Below, piece after piece: positions 7,578 to 15,180 of a stretch of 32,000 nt of DNA. The stretch's first letter is position 1, and each line of letters begins with the position of its first letter. The notes under the pieces were generated by a model, which was not told the DNA's origin, did no database searches, and was given only the letters and a program-made list of their open reading frames with translations. Source of the DNA: Nitrosopumilus sp. (GTDB lineage: Archaea; Thermoproteota; Nitrososphaeria; Nitrososphaerales; Nitrosopumilaceae); assembly GCA_965205215.1 (NCBI GenBank), contig OZ242041.1:1527664-1559663 (forward strand), read 5' to 3'. Both the position numbers and the translations under genes were made by a program.

Positions 7578-8896
7578 CGTACCATCACCAGTGCGGTAGA
7601 CGAGGTGCCGGCGGCCGCCATGTTGTGGACCAGTCCGACCTCGGGGTCGTCCGCCTGCCTGCCGCGGGCCTGGCGCCACAGCTGCCGTGCAACCTCGGCT
7701 GCCTGCGCAAGCCCAGTCGCCCCCAGCGGATGTCCCGAGCCGATCAGTCCCCCGCGAGGGTTTACCCGGCGGCTTGCAGTCTCGTACAGCTCCCGGCTGG
7801 CCGCGGCGCCCCTGCCAGGCTCCGCCATGCCGAGCGCCTCGAGTATCATCGGCTCGCACACCGAGAACGCATCGTGTATCTCCGCAACGTCCACATCTGA
7901 TATCGACAGGGCCGCGCCGCCCCCGCGCGCCACGCCACCGTTCCTGCTTCCGGCCATCCGCAGGGCGTCGCGGCACGCCATCCTGGCAGACTCGATGCGC
8001 GAAAGCTCAGGGTGCTTGGCAAACCCGGCCGACGTGACGCTCTGTCCTACACCCGCTATCAACACGGGGTCGTCCGTGTATCTGCCGGCGGCGTCTTCGG
8101 ATGCAATCAGTATCGACGCCCCTCCCGTGCAGGGCCGGGAGCAGTCAAGCAGCCTGAGGTCCCCGGTCAGGCGCCTTGAGCCGGCCACGTCCTTTGCCGT
8201 CGGAGTTGCTTCCGGCCGCAGCGCGTCCGGGTTTGAACTCGCATTCGCGTATGCGCGCGCCGGCACTACGGCCAGATCGTCATCGGAGACTCCAAACGCC
8301 CTCTTGTAGCCGCTCGTGAGCAGGGACGCCCAGTATACGGGGTGCTTGAACTGCCCCCTCGAGTCGTCCCACCACAGTATACGCCCCGGCGTGTCACGTA
8401 TCTCGGCCCCGCTTACCAGCACCACGTCGGCAAGCCCGGACGCGACGTGCGCGTATCCGGACACGATAGCGTTCGTCCCCGAACTACACAGGCTCTCCAC
8501 CGTATGGGCCGCGCGGGGGTGCATACCTGCCAGTTCCGCAAGTATGGGTGCCATGTATCCGGATCCCATCCTGGGCGCATGGCGGTCGCTGGCAGGCGGG
8601 CTTCCGGCGCTACCAGGACGGCCGCCGCCGCGGCTGTCACTACCGCCATCTCTGCCCTCTCCATCATCATCACCACCACTATTGCCACCACCATAACTGT
8701 CATGGCCTGCGGATCCGGCTCCCGTATATCCGCCCGACGCGTTTGAGACGATTACAGCCTCCACGTCGCGCCTGTCGCACTCGGGAGTCGAGTCGAACAA
8801 ATTTTTTACAGAGCGCAGCAGCACAGCCTCCAGGGCCTCGGAGGTGTCGCTTGTGAACCTTGTCGTGCCGCAGCCCACTATGTATGCACGCCTCAT
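7574..8896 (-). CDS. thiolase-fold protein (archaeal acetoacetyl-CoA thiolase / SCP-x type) with a ~55-aa low-complexity insertion
   Basis: 'VESLCSSGTNAI' contains the active-site Cys. Also 'GHPLGATGLAQ' and 'VHNMAAAGTSS'. The N-terminus 'MRRAYIVGCGTTRF' is typical. Confidence 0.9.
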   Translation of the reverse strand: MRRAYIVGCGTTRFTSDTSEALEAVLLRSVKNLFDSTPECDRRDVEAVIVSNASGGYTGAGSAGHDSYGGGNSGGDDDGEGRDGGSDSRGGGRPGSAGSPPASDRHAPRMGSGYMAPILAELAGMHPRAAHTVESLCSSGTNAIVSGYAHVASGLADVVLVSGAEIRDTPGRILWWDDSRGQFKHPVYWASLLTSGYKRAFGVSDDDLAVVPARAYANASSNPDALRPEATPTAKDVAGSRRLTGDLRLLDCSRPCTGGASILIASEDAAGRYTDDPVLIAGVGQSVTSAGFAKHPELSRIESARMACRDALRMAGSRNGGVARGGGAALSISDVDVAEIHDAFSVCEPMILEALGMAEPGRGAAASRELYETASRRVNPRGGLIGSGHPLGATGLAQAAEVARQLWRQARGRQADDPEVGLVHNMAAAGTSSTALVMVR

Positions 8897-9915
8897 GGCA
8901 TCCCACCATTATCATCATACTTTGTCGAGCCGGCGCCGCCATAACCAAAGAACGTCTCTGCAAACAGGGCAAACGACCCCGCCACGTCCCCGACCGGGTT
9001 AAACTGCAGTATGGGCAGGTCCAACCCCGCGTCCCGGAACGCGCCAAGCCGATTTTTGCAGGACTTGGGGGTGCCGCATACGGCAAGCGCGTCAAGCATC
9101 TCGTCGGAAACGTACCGGTGCACGCCTGCAAGTCCGCTGCTGCGGTACTCGCCATATATCGACGCGGTCTCGTCTGCAAACCCGTTGGCCGACAGAAAGT
9201 TTCTGTAAACGTCGCCGACTGCCACATAGAACGCGATCGTACGCCTTGCCCTCTCCACCGCGGCCTCCCCGCCGTCGTCGTCCGATACGCAGGTTATCAG
9301 CTGGCATGCAACGTCGATGCGCCTGCCCGACTCTTTGTGCATTGCGCGTATAGTGCGCCTCATCTCGTCGACGGGCCTCAGGTAGAAGATTACGCCGTCC
9401 CCCACATCCCACGCAAGGCGGACCATTCCCCTGTTGACGGCGGCCAGGTATACCGGAATGCTGTCCTGTACGGGCCTCACGAGAAGCCTGAACCCGTTCA
9501 GCGAGAACAGCTCGCCCTCGTAGTCGACTCGCCTGCCGGATGTGGCCAGCCGCACTACTTCTACAGTCTCGCGCACGCGTTTGAGCGGGTTCTCGTACCG
9601 CACGCCGTGCAGTCCCTCCACGATGGCGGGGCTGCTTGCGCCGATTCCAAGCAGAAGCCTGCCGCCGGAGAGGGTGTCGACGGTAGCGGCCCCCATTGCG
9701 ATTGCGGCAGGGCTGCGCGAATACACGTTGACAATGGACGAGCCTATGCGCGGCGACGGCGCGGCGGCGGACACCGCGCCCAGCATCGCAAAGGACTCCA
9801 TGCCCCACGTCTCCGGCACCCAGATTGCGCCAACGTCGGTTTTCGACAGCGTCTTGGCGCACGACAGGATCTCGTTTATGGACAGCAGCGAGCCGAGGCT
9901 GCATGACAGTCTCAT
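8893..9915 (-). CDS. luciferase-like monooxygenase (LLM) family, probable F420-dependent oxidoreductase
   Basis: 'GAIWVPETWGMESFAMLGAVSAAAPSPRIGSSIVNVYSRSPAAIAMGAATVDTLSGGRLLLGIGAS' matches the LLM/Mer-like core. The ATG at 9915 has a TATA box 22-33 nt upstream. Its stop overlaps the thiolase ATG (tcat at 8893-8896). Confidence 0.85.
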   Translation of the reverse strand: MRLSCSLGSLLSINEILSCAKTLSKTDVGAIWVPETWGMESFAMLGAVSAAAPSPRIGSSIVNVYSRSPAAIAMGAATVDTLSGGRLLLGIGASSPAIVEGLHGVRYENPLKRVRETVEVVRLATSGRRVDYEGELFSLNGFRLLVRPVQDSIPVYLAAVNRGMVRLAWDVGDGVIFYLRPVDEMRRTIRAMHKESGRRIDVACQLITCVSDDDGGEAAVERARRTIAFYVAVGDVYRNFLSANGFADETASIYGEYRSSGLAGVHRYVSDEMLDALAVCGTPKSCKNRLGAFRDAGLDLPILQFNPVGDVAGSFALFAETFFGYGGAGSTKYDDNGGMP

Positions 9916-9936
9916 GCCGTGACATCCCCCCATCTT

Positions 9937-9948
9937 GTAATATTTAGC
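9937..9948 (-). promoter_or_regulatory. TATA-like box for the LLM-thiolase-DUF35 unit
   Basis: Minus strand reads gctaaatattac, 22-33 nt upstream of the ATG at 9915. Confidence 0.5.
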
Positions 9949-10091
9949 ATGTGATGCGACGGCCATGCTGCAGGCAGACGCCTTCGCGTACGGGGGCTTC
10001 GGCCGTCCCGTGCGCCGCGGCATGCGCCCCCGATGCAGCTGCCGGAGTGCCGGGGAGTTTAGCGTTCAAAAATTTGAGCAATAGGTTTGAT

Positions 10092-10280
10092 ATGGTTGAG
10101 GTGGCATGTTATCAATCCGCTCGGCCAGTCCGCACTATGAGCAGTCAACTCATGGAGGATCCCAAGAGGGGGAGCGGTTTTTGGGACGACGCCACAAGGT
10201 ATGCGGCGGCCAGCAACGACGAGTCCTTCGTCGACGAGGTGGCATATATGATGGTCACGCTGCACAGGACGGGCAACTGA
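10092..10280 (+). CDS. questionable small hypothetical protein (47-62 aa)
   Basis: In-frame ATGs at 10092 and 10137. AT-rich caaaaatttg lies 17-26 nt upstream of 10092. Sequence '...EDPKRGSGFWDDATRYAAASNDESFVDEVAYMMVTLHRTGN'. No family recognised. Confidence 0.25.
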   Translation: MVEVACYQSARPVRTMSSQLMEDPKRGSGFWDDATRYAAASNDESFVDEVAYMMVTLHRTGN

Positions 10281-10365
10281 GCCGGCCCTGTCGCGCTAGG
10301 TCTGCGGGGAAGCGACGGTGCGTTAGAGACGCAGCCCAATCAATAGGTCCGGGGCACGGCGCCCG

Positions 10366-11133
10366 TCATCCGGCCCTACCGGTACCGGAGCCGCGTTCTC
10401 GCAGCATGGACTCGCACGCCTCGAGATCCTTGAACGAGTCCACCGACTGCCACATGGCCGGCGCACTGCCCCCTGTTGCGGGCCCTCCGAACGTGACGGT
10501 CCTCAGCCTGCCAGACTCGGCATATTTTGGAAACAGCGTCTTCTCAATGTCGCCCACCTCTGGAAGATCGGCAAGCACCTCGCGGCCCAGGTGGTACAGG
10601 CCGGCGTTCATCCACAGGCCGGGCACGTCGCGCTTCTCATCAAACTTGGCAATCGTGCGAGGATCATGGCCTGCTCCTGTGCCGCCTTTGCTGGCGGCGC
10701 CGTCGTCGTCATCGTCATTTAGTATCATCACACCGTAGTTTGTGCGCAGCGGTATGGCGGCGACCGAATTTCTGACTTCCATGAGGGCCCCGATGTCGAT
10801 GTCCGTTATGACGTCCCCGTTCATCACCACAAACGAGTCGTCGCGCCCTATGTAGCCCGTGGCGCGCCTTATGGCGCCCCCGGTCCCAAGGGGGGTCTCC
10901 TCTTCGGATATCTCCACCCTGGCTCCGTAGGATTTTGCGCTTATCATGTCGCGTATCATGCCGGTCTTGTATCCGGTGCAGACTATAACGTCCCGTATGC
11001 CGAACTTTAGGAGGTGCCTTATCTGCCATTCCAGTATGGGCACGTTGCAGACCGGCACAAGAGGCTTTGGCACATAGTCCGTAACAGGCCTCATCCTCTT
11101 GCCCCTTCCCCCCGCCAGTATGACAGCCTTCAA
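10366..11133 (-). CDS. sugar-phosphate nucleotidyltransferase (NTP_transferase family)
   Basis: '(M)KAVILAGGRGKRMRPVTDYVPKPLVPV' is the G-x-G-x-R-x signature; also 'PLGTGGAI'. TTG start at 11133, with AT-rich cattatacat/taaattta 18-35 nt upstream. Confidence 0.9.
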   Translation of the reverse strand: MKAVILAGGRGKRMRPVTDYVPKPLVPVCNVPILEWQIRHLLKFGIRDVIVCTGYKTGMIRDMISAKSYGARVEISEEETPLGTGGAIRRATGYIGRDDSFVVMNGDVITDIDIGALMEVRNSVAAIPLRTNYGVMILNDDDDDGAASKGGTGAGHDPRTIAKFDEKRDVPGLWMNAGLYHLGREVLADLPEVGDIEKTLFPKYAESGRLRTVTFGGPATGGSAPAMWQSVDSFKDLEACESMLRERGSGTGRAG

Positions 11134-11268
11134 CTACTTGAGGCTGCACCATGTATAATGTAAATTTAGGGCAGCGGCAGGGTGCGGGCCTGCAGGCGTA
11201 CGCAAGCAGGCGCGCGCCCGTCGCAGGATTCGCGTAGCGGCCGGTAGCAAGGCATACTGAATCCGTCC

Positions 11269-11292
11269 CTGCTGCTGCTGTTGCTGCCAGCA
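11269..11292. repeat. intergenic (CTG)n/(CAG)n tract
   Basis: Sequence ctgctgctgctgttgctgccagca, abutting the stop of the Zn-ribbon ORF. Confidence 0.8.
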
Positions 11293-11481
11293 TCAGGGCA
11301 CGTCGTCACTGTCACCGCTCGCCCCCTGCGCATCCTGTCCCTGCCCGGGTTCGGTAAGATAGTAGTGCAGTTCCGTATAGCACTCCGTGCAGTACTCTGC
11401 ATAGTCCGTATGGTCGCAGTTGTACGTCTTTTTTGCGCCGTTGTGGCACTTTGCGCATATGACGGGAAGCGGGGCATCCAA
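11293..11481 (-). CDS. small zinc-ribbon-like protein (62 aa)
   Basis: 'CAKCHNG...NCDH...YCTECY' gives two CxxC pairs, followed by an acidic tail. It begins 9 nt downstream of the stop of the membrane-protein gene on the same strand. Confidence 0.5.
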   Translation of the reverse strand: MDAPLPVICAKCHNGAKKTYNCDHTDYAEYCTECYTELHYYLTEPGQGQDAQGASGDSDDVP

Positions 11482-11490
11482 CTGTCATCA

Positions 11491-11898
11491 TCACTGCCGT
11501 CTGCGCGAGCGGTACGCGCCAAAGGCGCCCATTGCGATGTGGATGGCGCCCGCCCCAAGCAGCATCGCGCTCTCCACGACCACCGGCCTGCCGGTCTCCT
11601 CGGCCTCGGCCATGTCCGCGTTGGCAAGGACGAACCCGCCTCCGGCCATTATCAGTATGCCGGTTACGACTATCATGGCCCCCAGGACACCGGAGGGGCT
11701 CCTCCAGGTCATTCCGAACGCGATAAACGGGAGCACCAGCGCGGGGGCGCCCAAGGCCATTCCACGCACCTTTGCATCAAACGGCAGGAATCCCTGCTCC
11801 GCGTCACCAGATGCCTGGATTGCTGCCACGTCGGCCCCGTATACCACAAGCAGTACAATCGATATTCCCGTGATGCCGATTGCTATCCCGGTCAGCAT
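11491..11898 (-). CDS. small integral membrane protein (about 4 TM)
   Basis: Hydrophobic segments 'IAIGITGISIVLLVVYG', 'ALGAPALVLPFIAFGM', 'VLGAMIVVTGILIMAGGGFVL' and 'AMLLGAGAIHIAMGAFGA'. The ATG at 11898 has a TATA box 22-29 nt upstream. Confidence 0.6.
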   Translation of the reverse strand: MLTGIAIGITGISIVLLVVYGADVAAIQASGDAEQGFLPFDAKVRGMALGAPALVLPFIAFGMTWRSPSGVLGAMIVVTGILIMAGGGFVLANADMAEAEETGRPVVVESAMLLGAGAIHIAMGAFGAYRSRRRQ

Positions 11899-11919
11899 GA
11901 ACCAGTTTCGAGGGAACTT

Positions 11920-11927
11920 CTAATAAA
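11920..11927 (-). promoter_or_regulatory. TATA-like box
   Basis: Minus strand reads tttattag, 22-29 nt upstream of the ATG at 11898. Confidence 0.45.
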
Positions 11928-11969
11928 CCGTTGCCGACGCCGTGCGGTGGGTTCCGGGCCCCGAGGGCA

Positions 11970-12012
11970 GCATATCAGGCAGGCATATCAGGCAGGCATA
12001 TCAGGCAGGCAG
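11970..12012. repeat. 13-bp tandem repeat x3.3 (gcatatcaggcag)
   Basis: Perfect copies at 11970-11982, 11983-11995 and 11996-12008, then a partial gcag. Intergenic. Confidence 0.9.
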
Positions 12013-12041
12013 CCGCCGCGGCCGACCGGGTGTTTGATGAT

Positions 12042-13202
12042 CTACTGCGGGTCGCGCGCGGGCAGCGCCACGGCCCCTGCCCTTATCGATTCAAGCCTCT
12101 CAAGCACGTGCTCTGCCCCCTGCCCCTCCCTGCCCGTCAGGTTCAGATGTCCCAGCTTGCGGAGGGGCTTGGAGGTCTTCTTGCCGTACATCTTCAGGAA
12201 CGTGTGCCCGTCGTCCTGCGGCACCTCGGGGCTGCGGTAGGGCCCCTCGTATCCATGTATCCCCAGTATGTTATACATGACTGCGCTCGTCCTCAGCGCG
12301 GTGCCGCCGAGACTCATGCCGAGGATGGCGCGCAGGTGCTGCTCAAACTGCGACGTCTCGCTTGACTGCAGCGAGTGGTGTCCGGAATTGTGGACGCGCG
12401 GCGCAATCTCGTTTATCATCACGCCGCCGTCGCCGGTGACAAACATCTCTATCCCAAACACGCCGGCGCCCTTCAGCACCCCCATGGTCTGCTCCGCTAT
12501 GTGCCTGGCGCGCGCCGCCACGCCGTCGGACACCCTTGCAGGGGCTATCGTCGTCCGCAGGATGTTCTCCTCGTGCACGTTCTCCACGAGCGGGTACGTC
12601 CCGATCTCGCCGCGCGTGCTCCTTGCGGCGATTACGGACACCTCCTTGACAAACGGCACAAACCTCTCAAGCATCATGGGCCTTCCCTCGAACCTCCCGT
12701 ATGCGCCGCGCACCTCGCCGGGGGAGTCTATCTTGCAGTTCCCTCTGCCGTCGTACGCGTCCCTGCGCGCCTTTAGCAGCGCGGGGTATCCAAACTCCTC
12801 CAGCGCCCCCCGGAGGCCGTCCAGCCCGTCTATGGCCACAAAGTCCGGTACCGGAATCCCGTTCTCCGCGAGGAACGACTTTTGCGCGTGCTTGTCCTGT
12901 ATGATCCGGAGCGTCGCAGGCGAAGGCTCTATCCTGGCGCGGTCGGCAACTGACTCCAGCACGTCGCTGTCGCCGGACTCTATCTCGTACGTTATCACGT
13001 CGGCGCGCCTCGACAGCTCCACTATGGCGTCCCTGTCCTTGAAGTCGGCCACGATCTGCTCGGCCCCGGCCAGGGATGCGGGGCACCCCTCGGTGGGATC
13101 AAGCACCACGACCTTTGATATGCGGTCGGGCATCGCCGAGGCGGCCTCTGTCAGCATCATGCCAAGCTGCCCTCCGCCGATTATTCCCAGTACCTGCGCC
13201 AT
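12042..13202 (-). CDS. purK: N5-carboxyaminoimidazole ribonucleotide synthase (ATP-grasp)
   Basis: 'MAQVLGIIGGGQLGMMLTEAA...' plus ATP-grasp body 'GYPALLKARRDAYDGRGN' and 'INEIAPRVHNSGH'. The ATG at 13202 has an A/T-rich box 21-31 nt upstream. Confidence 0.9.
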   Translation of the reverse strand: MAQVLGIIGGGQLGMMLTEAASAMPDRISKVVVLDPTEGCPASLAGAEQIVADFKDRDAIVELSRRADVITYEIESGDSDVLESVADRARIEPSPATLRIIQDKHAQKSFLAENGIPVPDFVAIDGLDGLRGALEEFGYPALLKARRDAYDGRGNCKIDSPGEVRGAYGRFEGRPMMLERFVPFVKEVSVIAARSTRGEIGTYPLVENVHEENILRTTIAPARVSDGVAARARHIAEQTMGVLKGAGVFGIEMFVTGDGGVMINEIAPRVHNSGHHSLQSSETSQFEQHLRAILGMSLGGTALRTSAVMYNILGIHGYEGPYRSPEVPQDDGHTFLKMYGKKTSKPLRKLGHLNLTGREGQGAEHVLERLESIRAGAVALPARDPQ

Positions 13203-13221
13203 TGCAGGCACGCTGCACTCC

Positions 13222-13233
13222 AAATAAAAAAAC
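13222..13233 (-). promoter_or_regulatory. TATA-like box for purK
   Basis: Minus strand reads tttttttatttg. Confidence 0.5.
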
Positions 13234-13276
13234 CAATCTAATGCCGGCAAAGCGCCCCTGCGCACGGCCGCGTGGA

Positions 13277-13325
13277 GGCGGCAACGGCAGCAAAGGCAGA
13301 AGCAACAATGGCAGAAGCAGCGGCG
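13277..13325. repeat. intergenic GCA/GCR-rich trinucleotide tract
   Basis: Sequence ggcggcaacggcagcaaaggcagaagcaacaatggcagaagcagcggcg, in the divergent purK/purE spacer. Confidence 0.75.
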
Positions 13326-13364
13326 CCTCCGCCCATGGTGGCGTCGCCGTGACGCAACGCTATC

Positions 13365-13372
13365 GTTAATTA
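13365..13372 (+). promoter_or_regulatory. TATA-like box for purE
   Basis: Sequence gttaatta, 22-29 nt upstream of the ATG at 13394. Confidence 0.5.
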
Positions 13373-13393
13373 CCCTCGCCGCGCACCAACTGC

Positions 13394-13936
13394 ATGACGG
13401 ACGCGGCGCGGATAGGCATCATAATGGGGTCCAGCTCGGACGCGGCAGTAATGGCGGACGCGGCCCGCATACTGGACTCACTTGGCATCCCGCACGAGGA
13501 TCAGATAGTCTCGGCGCACCGCACCCCGGACAGGCTTGCCACGTACGCCAGGCACGCCGAGTCGTCGGGCTTTGCGGCAATCATAGCCGGCGCCGGCGGG
13601 GCCGCCCACCTGCCGGGCATGATCGCGTCCCACACCGTGATACCGGTCATAGGGGTGCCCATAATGGCGTACAACAACAAGAACCAGACGGGGGACGAGA
13701 CGCTCCGCCTCTCCGCATTCGGCGGCCTCGACTCCCTGCTCTCCATAACCGAGATGCCCGCAGGGGCTCCCGTGGTATCAGTGGGCGTCAACAAGGCAAA
13801 GAATGCGGGCATGTACGCCGCAATGATTCTTGCGGTTACCGACGACTCGGTACGCGGGGCCCTTGCAGACATGAAGCGTTCGCAGCACGACGCCGTCCTC
13901 AAAGAGTCCGAGGAGCTGCAGTCAAGGGGGCTCTAG
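13394..13936 (+). CDS. purE: N5-CAIR mutase (class I PurE)
   Basis: 'IGIIMGSSSD', 'SAHRTP', 'AGGAAHLPGM' and 'DSLLSITEMPAGAPV'. It is divergent from purK. Confidence 0.9.
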   Translation: MTDAARIGIIMGSSSDAAVMADAARILDSLGIPHEDQIVSAHRTPDRLATYARHAESSGFAAIIAGAGGAAHLPGMIASHTVIPVIGVPIMAYNNKNQTGDETLRLSAFGGLDSLLSITEMPAGAPVVSVGVNKAKNAGMYAAMILAVTDDSVRGALADMKRSQHDAVLKESEELQSRGL

Positions 13937-13965
13937 ATTCCTCCCGCCAGCGCGTCCTGGCCGCG

Positions 13966-15180
13966 TCAGGTCAGCAGCCGGAACTGGACATGCTTTGCCC
14001 TGAGGCTCTCGATCAGCTTGTCGGCCTGCTTCTGGCCCTCCGTCTCCAGGCTCATCGTGACGCCGGCCGAGCCCGCCCTGATGTCCGAGCTCAGCCTGTC
14101 GTGCACCACCTCTACGATGTTTGCGTTTGCGGCGGTAATCTCGTCTACGATCTCCTTGAACGCGCCGGGCCTGTCGGGAAGCAGCACGGATATCTTCAGC
14201 AGCCTTTTCATGGCGGCAAGCCCCTTGTCGACGATCTGCCCCAGCAGGTACATGTCCACGTTGCCCCCGGCCAATACCGCGGCAATCTTCTTTCCTGGGG
14301 CCGGCTTGTTCTCAAGAACGTACGCCAGGCTTGCGGCCCCCGCGGGCTCCACCACGAACTTCATGCGCTCCATCAGCAGGAACATCGTCTTTGCGATCGC
14401 GGTGTCGTCCACCAGCACCACGTCGTCTATCAGGCGCCTGACCACGTCAAACGTGATCTCCCCGGGCATCCGGACCGAGATGCCGTCGGCGATGGTCCGG
14501 GGCCCGCCTGCGACCGGCGTCCTGGCCGAGCTGCGCACGGAGAGGTGCATCGAGGGGAACGAGTCGGACTGCACGCCGACCACCCGCACGTGGGGGTGGG
14601 TCTCCTTTATGGCAATCAGCATGCCGGCGGCAAGGCCGCCCCCGCCCACTGGGACGTACACCTCCTCCACATCCGGCAGCTCGTCGAGAATCTCAAGCCC
14701 TATCACGCCTTGGGCCGCTATCACGTCAGGATCATCAAAGGCGTGTATGACGGTGGCCCCGGTCTCCTCTGCAATGCGCGTGGCCCTCTCAAACGACTCG
14801 TCGTAGTTTGAGCCCTCAAGCACCACCTCCGCACCGTATCCGCGGGTTGCCGCAATCTTTGCCGGCGATGCGTTCTTTGGCATCACGATGGTGCACTTGA
14901 CGCCTTCAAGCGACGAGGCCAGCGCAACCCCCTGGGCATGGTTCCCCGCAGAGGCGGCCACCACGCCCTTTGCCTTTTCACCGGGGGAGAGGGATCTCAT
15001 CTTGTGGTACGCCCCGCGGATCTTAAACGAGCCGGTCTTCTGCCGGAACTCCGCCTTGAGGTAGACGTCAGAGCCGCACATGTCGGAAAGCGACGGCGAG
15101 CGCACCAGGGGCGTCCTCTTGATCTGCGAGCCCCTCATCGAATCGGCCCTCTTCACATCCGCGTACGTAGGTATGATCAT
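13966..15180 (-). CDS. ilvA: threonine dehydratase/ammonia-lyase (PLP fold type II) with C-terminal ACT-like domain
   Basis: 'YLKAEFRQKTGSFKIRGAYHKM' contains the PLP lysine; also 'ASAGNHAQGVA' and 'VPVGGGGL'. The ATG at 15180 was verified. The extension to 15318 was rejected. Confidence 0.9.
   Translation of the reverse strand: MIIPTYADVKRADSMRGSQIKRTPLVRSPSLSDMCGSDVYLKAEFRQKTGSFKIRGAYHKMRSLSPGEKAKGVVAASAGNHAQGVALASSLEGVKCTIVMPKNASPAKIAATRGYGAEVVLEGSNYDESFERATRIAEETGATVIHAFDDPDVIAAQGVIGLEILDELPDVEEVYVPVGGGGLAAGMLIAIKETHPHVRVVGVQSDSFPSMHLSVRSSARTPVAGGPRTIADGISVRMPGEITFDVVRRLIDDVVLVDDTAIAKTMFLLMERMKFVVEPAGAASLAYVLENKPAPGKKIAAVLAGGNVDMYLLGQIVDKGLAAMKRLLKISVLLPDRPGAFKEIVDEITAANANIVEVVHDRLSSDIRAGSAGVTMSLETEGQKQADKLIESLRAKHVQFRLLT

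Noticed and set aside
7578-7976. N-terminal 133 aa of the 280-aa track ORF 7134-7976
   Set aside because: It lies inside the thiolase gene in another frame and is Arg/Gly-rich junk. DUF35 homology begins at the ATG at 7577, which overlaps the thiolase stop.
10106-10738. 210-aa plus-strand ORF and the 11166-11627 / 11281-12240 ORFs
   Set aside because: They overlap the nucleotidyltransferase and membrane/Zn-ribbon genes. Their Arg/Pro/Gly-rich composition is typical of out-of-frame translation.
11970-12012. The 13-bp tandem repeat as a mini CRISPR array
   Set aside because: The copies are head-to-tail with no spacers, the unit is far too short, and there are no cas genes.
12268-13227. 319-aa plus-strand ORF antisense to purK, and similar long antisense or shadow ORFs (690-1490, 1575-2309, 2427-2987, 8860-9906, 9092-9925, 13990-14811, 20282-20977, 28954-29787, 30824-31510, etc.)
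   Set aside because: These are typical high-GC shadow ORFs. They are Arg/Pro/Ala/Ser-rich with no motifs and lie entirely inside genes with strong family signatures on the other strand.
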